A stretch of 63,887 bases of DNA, filler included, from a bacterium (GTDB taxonomy: Bacteria; JACRDZ01; JAQUKH01): NCBI GenBank assembly GCA_028719205.1. It is 3 parts of 3 records of this genome, joined end to end, with 100 filler letters (N's around TTAATTAATTAA, not from the genome) between each part and the next. Parts side by side here need not be neighbours in the genome. Positions count along the whole stretch, not along the records: positions 1 to 25,973 come from JAQUKH010000035.1; 2 more parts are not named here. One strand, written 5' to 3'. Shown piece after piece: positions 8,249-17,918 of this stretch. The translations under genes were made by a program, and so were the position numbers. Under the pieces are notes generated by a model. That model saw only the letters and a list, made by a program, of their open reading frames with translations, was not told where the DNA came from and ran no database searches. Position 1 is the first letter of the stretch; the number at the start of each line of letters is the position of its first letter.

Positions 8249-10239
8249 TGAAATACGCTAAGATAGCCTTGTCCACCCCGATCAATAAACTTTTTACATA
8301 TCAGGTACCGGATGATTTCCAGGAAAAAATAGCGGTCGGCCAGAGGGTTTTGGTTCCGTTTGGAAAGAAGAAATTAACAGGTTATGTTATTGAGCTGGCT
8401 GGCGAGACCGACGTTCCCAAATTGAAGGAAATTGAAAAAATAATTGATGAACAACCGGTTATTATTCCTTCGATATTAAAATTATCAAAGTGGATGTCGG
8501 AATATTATCTTTGCCCGTTGGGAGAGGTTCTGGCGTCCGCGTATCCGTCCGCGTTGAAAAAACCAAAAAGAAAGCAAAATTCATTACCAAAAAAATCTGA
8601 CAAGCAAGGCGGTTTTGTGCTGACAGAGGAACAAAGTAATGCGCTTGATTCGATCAAAAAAGACATAGACGCGGAAAAAGCAGGCATATTCCTTTTGTTC
8701 GGAGTTACCGGGAGCGGAAAGACCGAGGTTTATGTCCGGGCGGTACAGCATGTCCTCGAAAAAAATAAACAAGCGGTCATTCTTGTGCCGGAGATCGGTA
8801 TTACCCCGCAGATCGTGGAGCGTTTCAAAAGCCGTTTTAACAATGAGGTCGCGGTCCTTCACAGCCGCCTGAAACCGAATGAACGGTATCTTGAATTTGA
8901 GCGGATCCTAAAGGGAGAGGTCAATATTGTGATCGGTGTCCGTTCAGCGGTATTCGCGCCACTTAAAAATCTGGGATTGATCATTGTCGATGAGGAACAT
9001 GACTCATCTTACAAACAAACAGAAACTCCGAAATACAACGCCCGCGATGTGGCGATCATGCGGGCGAAACTTGAAAACGCGGTTTGTCTTTTGGGGTCGG
9101 CAACACCGTCTTTGGAATCATATCATAAAGCGCAAAAGGGCGATTATAAGATCTTATCCCTTACTGAAAGAATAGAAAAGAGGGCGCTTCCAAAAGTGGA
9201 GATCATCGATTTACGGGAAGAATTTGTTAAAAAAGGAAGACCGGAGATCTTTTCGGATGTTCTGAAAGAAGCGATTGCCACCCGTTTAGAGAAAAAAGAA
9301 CAGGTGATATTATTTATAAACCGCAGGGGTTTTTCGAATTTTGTGCTTTGCCGTGAATGCGGCGAAGTGCTTACCTGCCGCAATTGCGATGTATCCCTTA
9401 CTTTTTATAAGAATAAAAATGTCGGCAAGTGCCATTATTGCGGTGATCAAAAAAAGATACCTGAACTTTGTCCGAAATGCGGAGGAGGCAGCCTTCAAAA
9501 TTTTGGTTTTGGAACAGAGCAGGTGGAAACGGAATTAAAAAACTATTTTCCAGATGCTAAAATCAAACGGATGGATCTTGAATCCACCCGCGGCAGGGAA
9601 TCCTTTGAAGATATTTACAAGGCGTTCCTTAATCAGGAAATCGATATCCTTGTCGGCACGCAAATGGTGACAAAAGGTTTTGATTTTGAAAATGTCACGC
9701 TGGTTGGAGTTATCTCCGCCGACACAAATTTAAATCTTCCGGATTTCCGGGCAAGCGAACGGACTTTCCAGCTTCTGACGCAGGTAGCGGGCAGGGCGGG
9801 CCGCGGTGAAATTCCGGGAGAGGTGATCATCCAGACCTATCTTCCTGAACACTACGCGATCCAGGCAAGCAGGGAACACGACTATAAAAATTTTTATGCC
9901 GAGGAACTTTCTTTCCGCGAAGGCCTGAATTATCCGCCGTTTTCTTTTCTTACTAATATTTTTATAAAAGGCCCTAACGAGGAGAGGGTTAAAGAGGCCT
10001 CGCAAAAGCTTGTTCTTTCGCTCTGCCGGGAGAAAAAGGACGCGAAAGCCCGGCTTGTGATTTTAGGCCCGGCAGAGGCGTCGATCTCAAAAATAAAAAG
10101 ACAGTACCGCTGGCAGATAATTTTAAAAACCAATGTCCGTTCGTTCGCGCGCAAGGCCCTGGTATCCGCGATCGAAAGAACGGAACTTCCAAAAGGCGTA
10201 ACGATCCATTTTGATATTGACCCGCAGGGGATAATGTGA
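8248..10239 (+). CDS. priA: Primosomal protein N' (replication restart helicase), compact form
   Basis: 3'-DNA-binding N-terminus (FTY.VP, RVLVPFG), GVTGSGKTEVY, DEEHD, four CxxC, QVAGRAGR. Confidence 0.97.
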   Translation: MKYAKIALSTPINKLFTYQVPDDFQEKIAVGQRVLVPFGKKKLTGYVIELAGETDVPKLKEIEKIIDEQPVIIPSILKLSKWMSEYYLCPLGEVLASAYPSALKKPKRKQNSLPKKSDKQGGFVLTEEQSNALDSIKKDIDAEKAGIFLLFGVTGSGKTEVYVRAVQHVLEKNKQAVILVPEIGITPQIVERFKSRFNNEVAVLHSRLKPNERYLEFERILKGEVNIVIGVRSAVFAPLKNLGLIIVDEEHDSSYKQTETPKYNARDVAIMRAKLENAVCLLGSATPSLESYHKAQKGDYKILSLTERIEKRALPKVEIIDLREEFVKKGRPEIFSDVLKEAIATRLEKKEQVILFINRRGFSNFVLCRECGEVLTCRNCDVSLTFYKNKNVGKCHYCGDQKKIPELCPKCGGGSLQNFGFGTEQVETELKNYFPDAKIKRMDLESTRGRESFEDIYKAFLNQEIDILVGTQMVTKGFDFENVTLVGVISADTNLNLPDFRASERTFQLLTQVAGRAGRGEIPGEVIIQTYLPEHYAIQASREHDYKNFYAEELSFREGLNYPPFSFLTNIFIKGPNEERVKEASQKLVLSLCREKKDAKARLVILGPAEASISKIKRQYRWQIILKTNVRSFARKALVSAIERTELPKGVTIHFDIDPQGIM

Positions 10240-10310
10240 AAATGATTACATCAATTGAATATTTAACTATAATAAGGTATACTATAACTAAAATAAGAAA
10301 ATACAATTAT

Positions 10311-10423
10311 GAACTCCTCCCAACCTCCTCTTTTCACGAAGTGATCGCTTTGCGAAAAAAAAGAGGAGGAGTAAGAGAGAATTATTTCCCCTCTTTTTTC
10401 AAAGAGGGGATTAAGGGGAGTTC
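10311..10423. repeat. Two-hairpin REP/MITE-like palindromic element
   Basis: Outer IR GAACTCC...GGAGTTC enclosing stems CCTCCTCTTTT/AAAAGAGGAGG and TCCCCTCTTT/AAAGAGGGGA. Confidence 0.7.
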
Positions 10424-10445
10424 GGATTGGTAACAGGAGGAAAAA

Positions 10446-11168
10446 ATGAAAAAAGTTATATGCGCAGTTTCAATTTTATTAATGTCTAATAATATTTTAT
10501 TCGCAATAGAGCCTCAGCAGTTAACCAAGCCTGGGTGTATGACGGCCTCATGCAAAATGGAACCTCAGCAGTTTTCTGTGACAGGTTATGGGAAAGTGCT
10601 CTATACAGTTGACTTAGTCGATATCCGTTTCAGCGTTTCGGTACGGGATAGCGATGCTGAATCAAGCAAAAAAAAACATGATAAAATTATGGTCAAAGTG
10701 AATAAATACCTCAAGGAAAAGGAGTATCCTGATGGAATTCTTTCCCTTCAGGATTCTATCCTTCAGCGCCAAATCAGTTCAACCGGAAAACGTGATGATG
10801 ATTTCTATCTGGCGCGGTCGGAATACTTGATACGTACAGACCGTGTTCAGGACACGAACTCTTTGCAGATCGATCTTGTTGAGATCGGTGTTGATGAAAT
10901 TCAATCCGTTACGCTTTTGTCATCAAAACAGCGCCAGCTTGAGGATGAAGCCCGAAAACTCGCGATAAAAGACGCGCTTGAGAAAGCGGATCTTACGGCT
11001 AAAACGCTTGGTTTGAAACTTGGTAAACCGGTTAATATGCGCTATGAGATCCCTTCCGCGGTATCGGCTAATTTTGTTGAAGTTACGGTTAAAGTAACAT
11101 TCTCTTTTCAAGCGGAGACAAATACTCAGGAAACAGCTCCCGCGGACGCGGTTAAAACTCAGCAGTAG
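10446..11168 (+). CDS. SIMPL/DUF541 family exported protein
   Basis: Signal peptide; SVTGYGKV...D...FSV and EARKLAIKDALEKA...AKTLGLKLG; SD AGGAGG. Confidence 0.85.
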   Translation: MKKVICAVSILLMSNNILFAIEPQQLTKPGCMTASCKMEPQQFSVTGYGKVLYTVDLVDIRFSVSVRDSDAESSKKKHDKIMVKVNKYLKEKEYPDGILSLQDSILQRQISSTGKRDDDFYLARSEYLIRTDRVQDTNSLQIDLVEIGVDEIQSVTLLSSKQRQLEDEARKLAIKDALEKADLTAKTLGLKLGKPVNMRYEIPSAVSANFVEVTVKVTFSFQAETNTQETAPADAVKTQQ

Positions 11169-12327
11169 AGGCGCGTTCATAGCAGGTTTGCCAGAGGTGC
11201 GGCCTGTGCGGAGAACGGTAATTTCCGTTCAGGTTTAGATCAGGGTAATATTTCGGCCAGCGGTATATCTGGTTCCTTCCCAGTTTGATAACTTCTTTAT
11301 AATAAAATCCGGCCTGTTTGTTATTTTTTCGATAAGAATAATATTCAGCAAGAAGAAGATCAATGTGCGGAAGGTTTGATCCTTTTAGTTTTTCTTTTAT
11401 TGCTTTTTCAAAAACAACGCAAAAATCTTCATTTTTAAAAAGTTCGAGAAGTTTACCCAGAACATAAACAGTGCTTCTCGCGTTATAGGTTATCCTTTTG
11501 TAGGTAAGCTGGTCGCAGGGCGGATTTATGATCAGGGTGTTAAGGTAAATATTCGCGAGAAGCCCATAATCTTTCTCTTGGAGGCATAATTCTTCTTCCG
11601 CCGTGCGCATTGTTTCCGGCTCGATGGTCAGATAAGGTTTTCCCTCATTGATCAATTTTAATTTTTTTAACGCGTCTTTTGATTTTTTCTGCATCAACGC
11701 CATTATCTGGATCTTTATTCTTTCATATTTGATGTCCGTACTCCCTGATGTTATTCTTCCATCAGAGGTTATTGACTTTGTGAAGCTGAGGATCGCGTAA
11801 GCATCATCGAATTTGCCCGCGCGGGCGTAATTGAGGCTCGCGCTGACGGCAGTTTCATCCCATAGGGATATGCCATTCATGCCGTTTTTTATAAAATCTT
11901 CACGGGAGAGGAATTTTGGATCTTTGCCCGATAATACGCATCCTGACGCGAACGCCTTGTCATAATAAATAACAGCTTCCTTAAAATCTTTTTGTTTCGC
12001 GAGCGTTTCCGCGACCGGGATAATGATCCAGATCCTGCTTTTTTCTGACGGGATATTTTTTTTAAGAAGCCATTTGCCTTGCTTAAGTAAAAGTTTATCC
12101 AGAGAATGTTTTTGATAATAATGATTGAGGTCCAGAAAGATCCGGATCCTGTCATTTATACCGGGGAAATCATCCCATAAATTTTCGATTTTTTTTGCCC
12201 CGTCATAAGGGGAATGACGGTAATCATCGCGGATCTCACGAAGCCTGAGTTCCAGCGGAGTTATCGCTACCGGGGGAACGGCCAGAACCTGTAAAAATAA
12301 GACAAATAAAATAAAAATTTTTTTCAT
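11152..12327 (-). CDS. Exported TPR-like helical protein
   Basis: Signal peptide and TPR-like segments (AETLAKQKDFKEAVIYYDKA). Confidence 0.65.
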   Translation of the reverse strand: MKKIFILFVLFLQVLAVPPVAITPLELRLREIRDDYRHSPYDGAKKIENLWDDFPGINDRIRIFLDLNHYYQKHSLDKLLLKQGKWLLKKNIPSEKSRIWIIIPVAETLAKQKDFKEAVIYYDKAFASGCVLSGKDPKFLSREDFIKNGMNGISLWDETAVSASLNYARAGKFDDAYAILSFTKSITSDGRITSGSTDIKYERIKIQIMALMQKKSKDALKKLKLINEGKPYLTIEPETMRTAEEELCLQEKDYGLLANIYLNTLIINPPCDQLTYKRITYNARSTVYVLGKLLELFKNEDFCVVFEKAIKEKLKGSNLPHIDLLLAEYYSYRKNNKQAGFYYKEVIKLGRNQIYRWPKYYPDLNLNGNYRSPHRPHLWQTCYERASTAEF

Positions 12328-12368
12328 ATAATTTTTTTAACTTATCACTTGTGACTTACGGCTTATGA

Positions 12369-14306
12369 CTATTTTGTTTTAAACCATTGTATCCGGCTGA
12401 AAGGGCTCCAGAGCCCGTTCCGGCCTTTTCCTTTTACACGGAAAAAGTAGAGGCTGTTGTGATTTAGTTTTTCTTCCGGTTTTATTTTGTAGCCCGCCTC
12501 CCACAAAAGGTTAGTTTTATCTGATTTTATTATTGGCGTGGCAAATGTTTTATCCATGATTAATTTATGGGACGTGTTAAATATCTGGACCTGCCATTGT
12601 TCAATGATCCGGTCATCTGTCCCATCGATATTAACACCGTAATTTTTCATATTTTCATTTTCAAAAGTGACAATTCCGGGATTGATCTCGTTAAGGGTTT
12701 CATCTTCTTTGTCAAAAGCGGCTTTATATTCAGGGGAAAAATAACCCCAGCTTAAAACAGGAGTAAGATTTTTTGTTTCAAATCTTTTATCTGAAATGTT
12801 TTCGCGTTCGGGGAAATATGCCGGATAATAATTAAAAATTAATTTTTTAGGATCATTTGGATTTGGAATAAGATTAGGTATATTTTCAACCATAAGGCAG
12901 TCAGGAGCGCGGGGCGCGTTAATATCCAGATCAACAGGTTTGCTTACAGTAACCCGTTTTTTTTGAGGGAAAGAATAAGTGGCCGGCTGATAGGAATACC
13001 AGTAAATTAATTTATTATTATCAGGATTAGAATCTCCAAGATCAGCAAATGTATCCTTTTCATATTCAGGATGGTACAATATTGAAGGCGCCAAAAACAT
13101 ATGGAATATCTCTTCATTTTTTTTCCATCCTTCCACGATAGAATCATTATGGTTTAAACATTCATCTATCAGGGCATGGTCGGATTTTCCGGTCGCGGCA
13201 AAACCGATAATTCCATGAAGGCCGGAACTTTTATTAAGGAGATTTTTCGCGAAAAAAAGACCCGGGCGGGTGTCATACCAGGAGTTATATTTAGCGTCAT
13301 GGAAATTAGCCCATTCAGAGGTAATTTCTCCGTCATAATCAAGCACTGAACAGCCCGCGAGATAAACCCATTCAAGGTCCAGGTTCCAGTTATCGCCGAT
13401 CTCATCATTCAGAGTATGATAATAATAATCATCAAGCATATAGCGTGTTTTTTTAGGAACGATCTGTGCCGGCCAGCGTTTTGATAATTTCCAGTCATCA
13501 CGCAATACCTTGGAGATCAAAGCCCCGTTTGATTCATGTTCGCCATGAAATGAATAGTAAAAGATGTCAGCCTGATTTCTTACAAGCAGCCAGTCTTTAG
13601 CCGGATTGAAACCGGGGGAGTCCCATTCGGAGGATGTAATAAAATAAGGGCGTTCACTGCTATTATCAAAATTCGCGTCAATGATAATTTTTTCCACACC
13701 CGCGGATTGAAGATATTCGTTATTTAAGACAGGCACACCTTCATTTTCATGTTCTTCAACCGTTCCTTCGTCCGTGAATGAAAAAAATGTCGCGTTGCCG
13801 CGGTTTTTATATCCTTTTTTAACAAGTTTTTCCAGGAAATATTCCGCTTCCCATCCGCCGTCAGGAGCGCCTTCGGCACTGCACACTTCGAGGACCCCGT
13901 CATCCCCCTGCGGGATCGCGACAGTGTTTTCAGATCTGTTATCCGCTTTATCATCGATAAAAATAACCTCTCCCAGAAATTCATTGATATTTTTTGTCTG
14001 GTTAAGTTCAATGGTTTTAAATTTTCCGTTGGGGTAATCATCCTGCCTGAAAATCTTAATTTTGTATGAAAGGCCGGCAAATTCTTTCAGGCCTTTTGTT
14101 TTTAAAAGGATCTTTATTTTCCTGCCTTCTTTAGCCGGGACAACGATCTCATCCCATGGAAGTTTTTCTAAAACAGGTTTTTTAGTTTCGACTGATATGG
14201 TTTCTTTATAAAAATCTAAATTTGCCGGTTCTATTTTGGGATTAGCGGAGTATGAATTTATATTTGATATAAAAAAAATAATGAAAATTAAATAATAATA
14301 TTTCAT
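12369..14306 (-). CDS. Secreted protein with DUF6345/caspase-gingipain-like domain and Fn3-like tail
   Basis: Signal peptide; DIFYYSFHG...DLEWVYLAGCSVL...GLHGIIGF; C-terminal YFFRVKG...GLWSPFS. Confidence 0.55.
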   Translation of the reverse strand: MKYYYLIFIIFFISNINSYSANPKIEPANLDFYKETISVETKKPVLEKLPWDEIVVPAKEGRKIKILLKTKGLKEFAGLSYKIKIFRQDDYPNGKFKTIELNQTKNINEFLGEVIFIDDKADNRSENTVAIPQGDDGVLEVCSAEGAPDGGWEAEYFLEKLVKKGYKNRGNATFFSFTDEGTVEEHENEGVPVLNNEYLQSAGVEKIIIDANFDNSSERPYFITSSEWDSPGFNPAKDWLLVRNQADIFYYSFHGEHESNGALISKVLRDDWKLSKRWPAQIVPKKTRYMLDDYYYHTLNDEIGDNWNLDLEWVYLAGCSVLDYDGEITSEWANFHDAKYNSWYDTRPGLFFAKNLLNKSSGLHGIIGFAATGKSDHALIDECLNHNDSIVEGWKKNEEIFHMFLAPSILYHPEYEKDTFADLGDSNPDNNKLIYWYSYQPATYSFPQKKRVTVSKPVDLDINAPRAPDCLMVENIPNLIPNPNDPKKLIFNYYPAYFPERENISDKRFETKNLTPVLSWGYFSPEYKAAFDKEDETLNEINPGIVTFENENMKNYGVNIDGTDDRIIEQWQVQIFNTSHKLIMDKTFATPIIKSDKTNLLWEAGYKIKPEEKLNHNSLYFFRVKGKGRNGLWSPFSRIQWFKTK

Positions 14307-16684
14307 TCCTGTTCTTTTTCCTGGAGCAGCCTGAAAGATTTATTTTCCATATTTGACTGGGTTTCGTCCAAATCGCATTCCCTGGCCGGTTCAGTGCCTT
14401 TAATGAACGCCTGAACAACGATTTCTTTGCATTTAGGCGTGGCGAGCAGTCCTGACTGGTTATCTATTTCTTTAAAAATAATATTTTTGGGTACCGGAAA
14501 ATCGCGGATCTCTGATTGGTCATAAATATCCTTCATTGTATACGCCCACACCGGGCCTGTCATTTCTTCTCCTGTCGCGTGCAGGCCCATGGAGGTCCGG
14601 TCGTCAAAACTTATATGTATTCCTAAAGCGAGGTCTGGTGTGAAACCAATGAACCACGCGTCCGTGGCATTATCGGTTGTTCCTGTTTTCGCGCCTATCG
14701 GCCTTCCCACTATACTTCGGACAGACCTTCCTGTTCCTTCCTTTGTTACCGCCTCAAGAATATCAACCATAACATAGTTAACATCCTCTTTTAAAGCAAT
14801 ATGTTCAATATTATTATATTTTTCAAGTATATTTCCGTTGACATCTTTTATCATTTTTATTGCCATTGGTTCAACATTGACGCCTTCGTTGGCATATGTG
14901 GAATATGCTGATGTAATTTCAAGAAGCGAAACCTCCGAGGTTCCCAGAGCCAGAGTAAGATTAGGTGTAAGGGGGCTTTTTATACCTAAACGGCCGGCAT
15001 ATTCAACCGCCTTGCCGGTTCCGATCTCCTGTAAAAGTTTAATAGAAGCAATGTTTAATGAAAGTGAAAGTGCTTTTCGTAGCGTGACCGGGCCATAATA
15101 AATTCCATAATAATTACTTGGAGACCATTCTTTATCCTGAGAACTATCTGTAAAAGTAACAGGAGAATCCACAACCGACCTCGCCCCTGTAATGCCCATA
15201 TCAATAGCCGCGGTATAGATAAACGGTTTGAACGCTGAACCCGGCTGTCTCTTTGTCTGTACCGCGCGGTTTAAGGGAGACTCCGCGTAATCATATCCGC
15301 CGATCATAGCCTTGATAAGGCCTGTTTGCGGCTCTATTGCTATTACCGCACCCTGAAGTGTTTGTTCCTGAATTAATGAGAGCTGGATATTTTTCTTTTT
15401 ATTGTCAATGGATGTTATTTTTACCCTGACAAGATGGTCTTTACCAAGCGCGTCATTGACTTTGGTTATTCCAAAACGGTAAAAACCGGTTTTCTTTTTT
15501 TCTTCGAATTCCCTGTATTCCTGCCTTTTGATCCATTTCATTCCGTCCAGGGGAAGGCTGCCTTTTATATCCCATCCAAGCGAGACAGTCGCTTTTTCTT
15601 TATCGGCAGTGTCTATAACACCCCATGTTATTTTATTTACATTGAGGAATTCCAAAAGCTCTTTTTTCCCTGTAATGCCGGTTTCTTTTTGTATTTTCTC
15701 TTCGAGAGTCTGCCCTTTTGCCAGAAACTTCGGTTCATATTTTCCAAGAACATCATTTTTTTCTTTTAGAACTTTTTTAAAATTTATTTCAGCGATCCTC
15801 TGGATCCTGAGATCCAGCGAGGTATAAACCGAAAGGCCGCCTTCATATAAGGTTTTCTCATCGAATTTTTTTTCAAGGATCTTGCGTATGTATTCGGTGA
15901 AATACGGCGCTTTATTCTGCCGGTATTTATAAGGAGCAAAATTTACTTTTTTATCTTTCGCCGCGTCATATTCTTTTTCGGTAATAAAATTTGATTTCAG
16001 CATCCTTTTTAAAACAAACAACTGCCGGTCTTTCGCGAGTTTCGGATTTTTATACGGGGAATAAAGGGTCGGAGCCTGGATAGATCCTGCTAAATATGCC
16101 GCTTCCGCCAGGTTCAGTTTTGAAACCGGTTTTTCAAAAAAGGTTTGCGCGGCGGATTCTACTCCGTATGCCCCCTGGCCGAAGAATATTTGATTACAAT
16201 AAAATTCAAGGATCTCTTTTTTTGAATAATGCATTTCAATCTGTAGGGTTAAAATAAGCTCTTTCAGTTTCCTGATAATAGTTCTTTCTGAACTTAAAAA
16301 AAGGTTTTTTGCCAGCTGCTGGGTTAGTGTGCTTCCTCCCTGAACGACTTCTCCCGCGAGAACATTTTTTAAAAAGGCCCTTATGATGGATGTAATATCT
16401 ATGCCCCAGTGCTGATAAAATTGGTGGTCTTCGGTCGCGATAATCGCGTTAATAAAATAATCAGGCACGTTTTTAAGCGGGACCACGGTCCGTTTTTCAT
16501 TAAAAAATTCAGAGATTAATTTATTGTTAATGTCAAAAAGCCTCGTTGCCTGAAAAGGCTGGTAGTTCTCAAGTTCCCTCACATCGGGCAGGGAAAAGAA
16601 ATACCAGAAAATTATTGTCGATAAGATGGTGGTAAATATAAAAACACTGATAATTGTAATAGACGAATTTTTACTAAGCTTCAT
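14303..16684 (-). CDS. mrcA: Class A penicillin-binding protein 1A
   Basis: TM anchor; transglycosylase EDHQFYQH and QGGSTLTQQL; transpeptidase SAFK, SLN and KTG. Start set at ATG 16684. Confidence 0.93.
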   Translation of the reverse strand: MKLSKNSSITIISVFIFTTILSTIIFWYFFSLPDVRELENYQPFQATRLFDINNKLISEFFNEKRTVVPLKNVPDYFINAIIATEDHQFYQHWGIDITSIIRAFLKNVLAGEVVQGGSTLTQQLAKNLFLSSERTIIRKLKELILTLQIEMHYSKKEILEFYCNQIFFGQGAYGVESAAQTFFEKPVSKLNLAEAAYLAGSIQAPTLYSPYKNPKLAKDRQLFVLKRMLKSNFITEKEYDAAKDKKVNFAPYKYRQNKAPYFTEYIRKILEKKFDEKTLYEGGLSVYTSLDLRIQRIAEINFKKVLKEKNDVLGKYEPKFLAKGQTLEEKIQKETGITGKKELLEFLNVNKITWGVIDTADKEKATVSLGWDIKGSLPLDGMKWIKRQEYREFEEKKKTGFYRFGITKVNDALGKDHLVRVKITSIDNKKKNIQLSLIQEQTLQGAVIAIEPQTGLIKAMIGGYDYAESPLNRAVQTKRQPGSAFKPFIYTAAIDMGITGARSVVDSPVTFTDSSQDKEWSPSNYYGIYYGPVTLRKALSLSLNIASIKLLQEIGTGKAVEYAGRLGIKSPLTPNLTLALGTSEVSLLEITSAYSTYANEGVNVEPMAIKMIKDVNGNILEKYNNIEHIALKEDVNYVMVDILEAVTKEGTGRSVRSIVGRPIGAKTGTTDNATDAWFIGFTPDLALGIHISFDDRTSMGLHATGEEMTGPVWAYTMKDIYDQSEIRDFPVPKNIIFKEIDNQSGLLATPKCKEIVVQAFIKGTEPARECDLDETQSNMENKSFRLLQEKEQE

Positions 16685-17693
16685 TTGAAATTTTTTCTTC
16701 TCCATATACCAATTGTCCGCAGGCGGCATTCAGGCGTTCTCCAAAACGATACCGCTGGGTTACGGTAATGCCTTCCTCCTCAAGTATCTCTTTAAATCTC
16801 TTTATTTTTTCGCCGCTGGACGACTGGAGTGTTCTTTCTGTCGGATTATAAGATATCAGGTTCACAAAATAAAGATTTTTTTTCATTAGATCAGCCAATT
16901 TTACGGCGCATTCATTTGAATCATTAAGGTCTTTTATCATAACGTATTCAAACATAACCCTGCGGTTGGTCTTTAAGATATAATCATCCACACAGGAAAT
17001 TATTTCACTGATCGGATATTTTTTATTTATCGGAATTATCTTTGAACGAAGTTCATCTGTCGGGGCGTGAAGCGATATAGCAAGATTTACCTGCAGATTT
17101 TCATTGGCAAATTTTTTAATTCCTTCAGGGATTCCTACGGTTGAGACTGAAAAATGCCTTGCTCCAAGATTAAATCCGTCCTTGTCATTTAAAAGCCTTA
17201 TAGCGTTTAACAGATTGTCGTAGTTTAAAAAAGGTTCTCCCATACCCATAAAAACAATATTGGTGATCTTCTCATTTTCTTTTTTTAATAACCTCGCGAA
17301 AAATATAACCTGTTCAATTATCTCAAAAACCTCAAGGTTTCTTTTGAATCCCAGCTTACCTGTAGCGCAGAAAGAACAATTAAACATACATCCGGCCTGG
17401 GAGGATACGCAAACCGTGTTCCGTCCGTCGCGGCTTTTCATTAGAACTGATTCGATCCGGATCATGTCTTTTAAGGTTATAATAGCCTTAATAGTATTTT
17501 TGTCGGAAGATTCAAAGGGTTCACCATTAATTGAAAGCGGGCATGCTTCATTTAATTTTTTGCGAAGGTCGAGCGGCAAGGTGCTGGCGTTCATCCAGTT
17601 TTCAATCAGATCGATAAATAGTGCCTTCTTTATCTGTTTTGTCCTGTAATTAGGGTACTGATTTAGAATATCGGATAAATTTAATAAATCCAT
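16674..17693 (-). CDS. rlmN: 23S rRNA m2A2503 radical SAM methyltransferase
   Basis: CVSSQAGCMFNCSFC, MGMGEP and AACGQL. Start is ATG 17693 or 17711. Confidence 0.95.
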   Translation of the reverse strand: MDLLNLSDILNQYPNYRTKQIKKALFIDLIENWMNASTLPLDLRKKLNEACPLSINGEPFESSDKNTIKAIITLKDMIRIESVLMKSRDGRNTVCVSSQAGCMFNCSFCATGKLGFKRNLEVFEIIEQVIFFARLLKKENEKITNIVFMGMGEPFLNYDNLLNAIRLLNDKDGFNLGARHFSVSTVGIPEGIKKFANENLQVNLAISLHAPTDELRSKIIPINKKYPISEIISCVDDYILKTNRRVMFEYVMIKDLNDSNECAVKLADLMKKNLYFVNLISYNPTERTLQSSSGEKIKRFKEILEEEGITVTQRYRFGERLNAACGQLVYGEEKISNEA

Positions 17694-17716
17694 AGCTGTT
17701 AATTCTACCATATATT

Positions 17717-17851
17717 TGAGCTATCGGATAGGTTTTCCCTTTAGCCGATAGCTCATCCTGAAAGAGCGTTAGCGAATGAAGGATCTAATTTATTAAAGAT
17801 CCTTTGTCGTTCCACTTCTCAGGATGAGTGGCCGAAATTTCCGGCAACTCA
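17717..17851. repeat. Composite palindromic REP-like element between divergent rlmN and glgX
   Basis: Stems TGAGCTATCGG/CCGATAGCTCA, CTCATCCTGA/TCAGGATGAG, AAGGATCT/AGATCCTT and TGAGTGGCCG/CGGCAACTCA. Confidence 0.7.
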
Positions 17852-17918
17852 TTTAGATATAGACAAAATGATGTTTAGTATTATAATGTTAATATAATGT
17901 GAACTAGGGGAAATTTGA

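Noticed and set aside
12341-12370. Four degenerate heptamers CTTRYSR between two genes
   Set aside because: Too short and isolated to assign a function.
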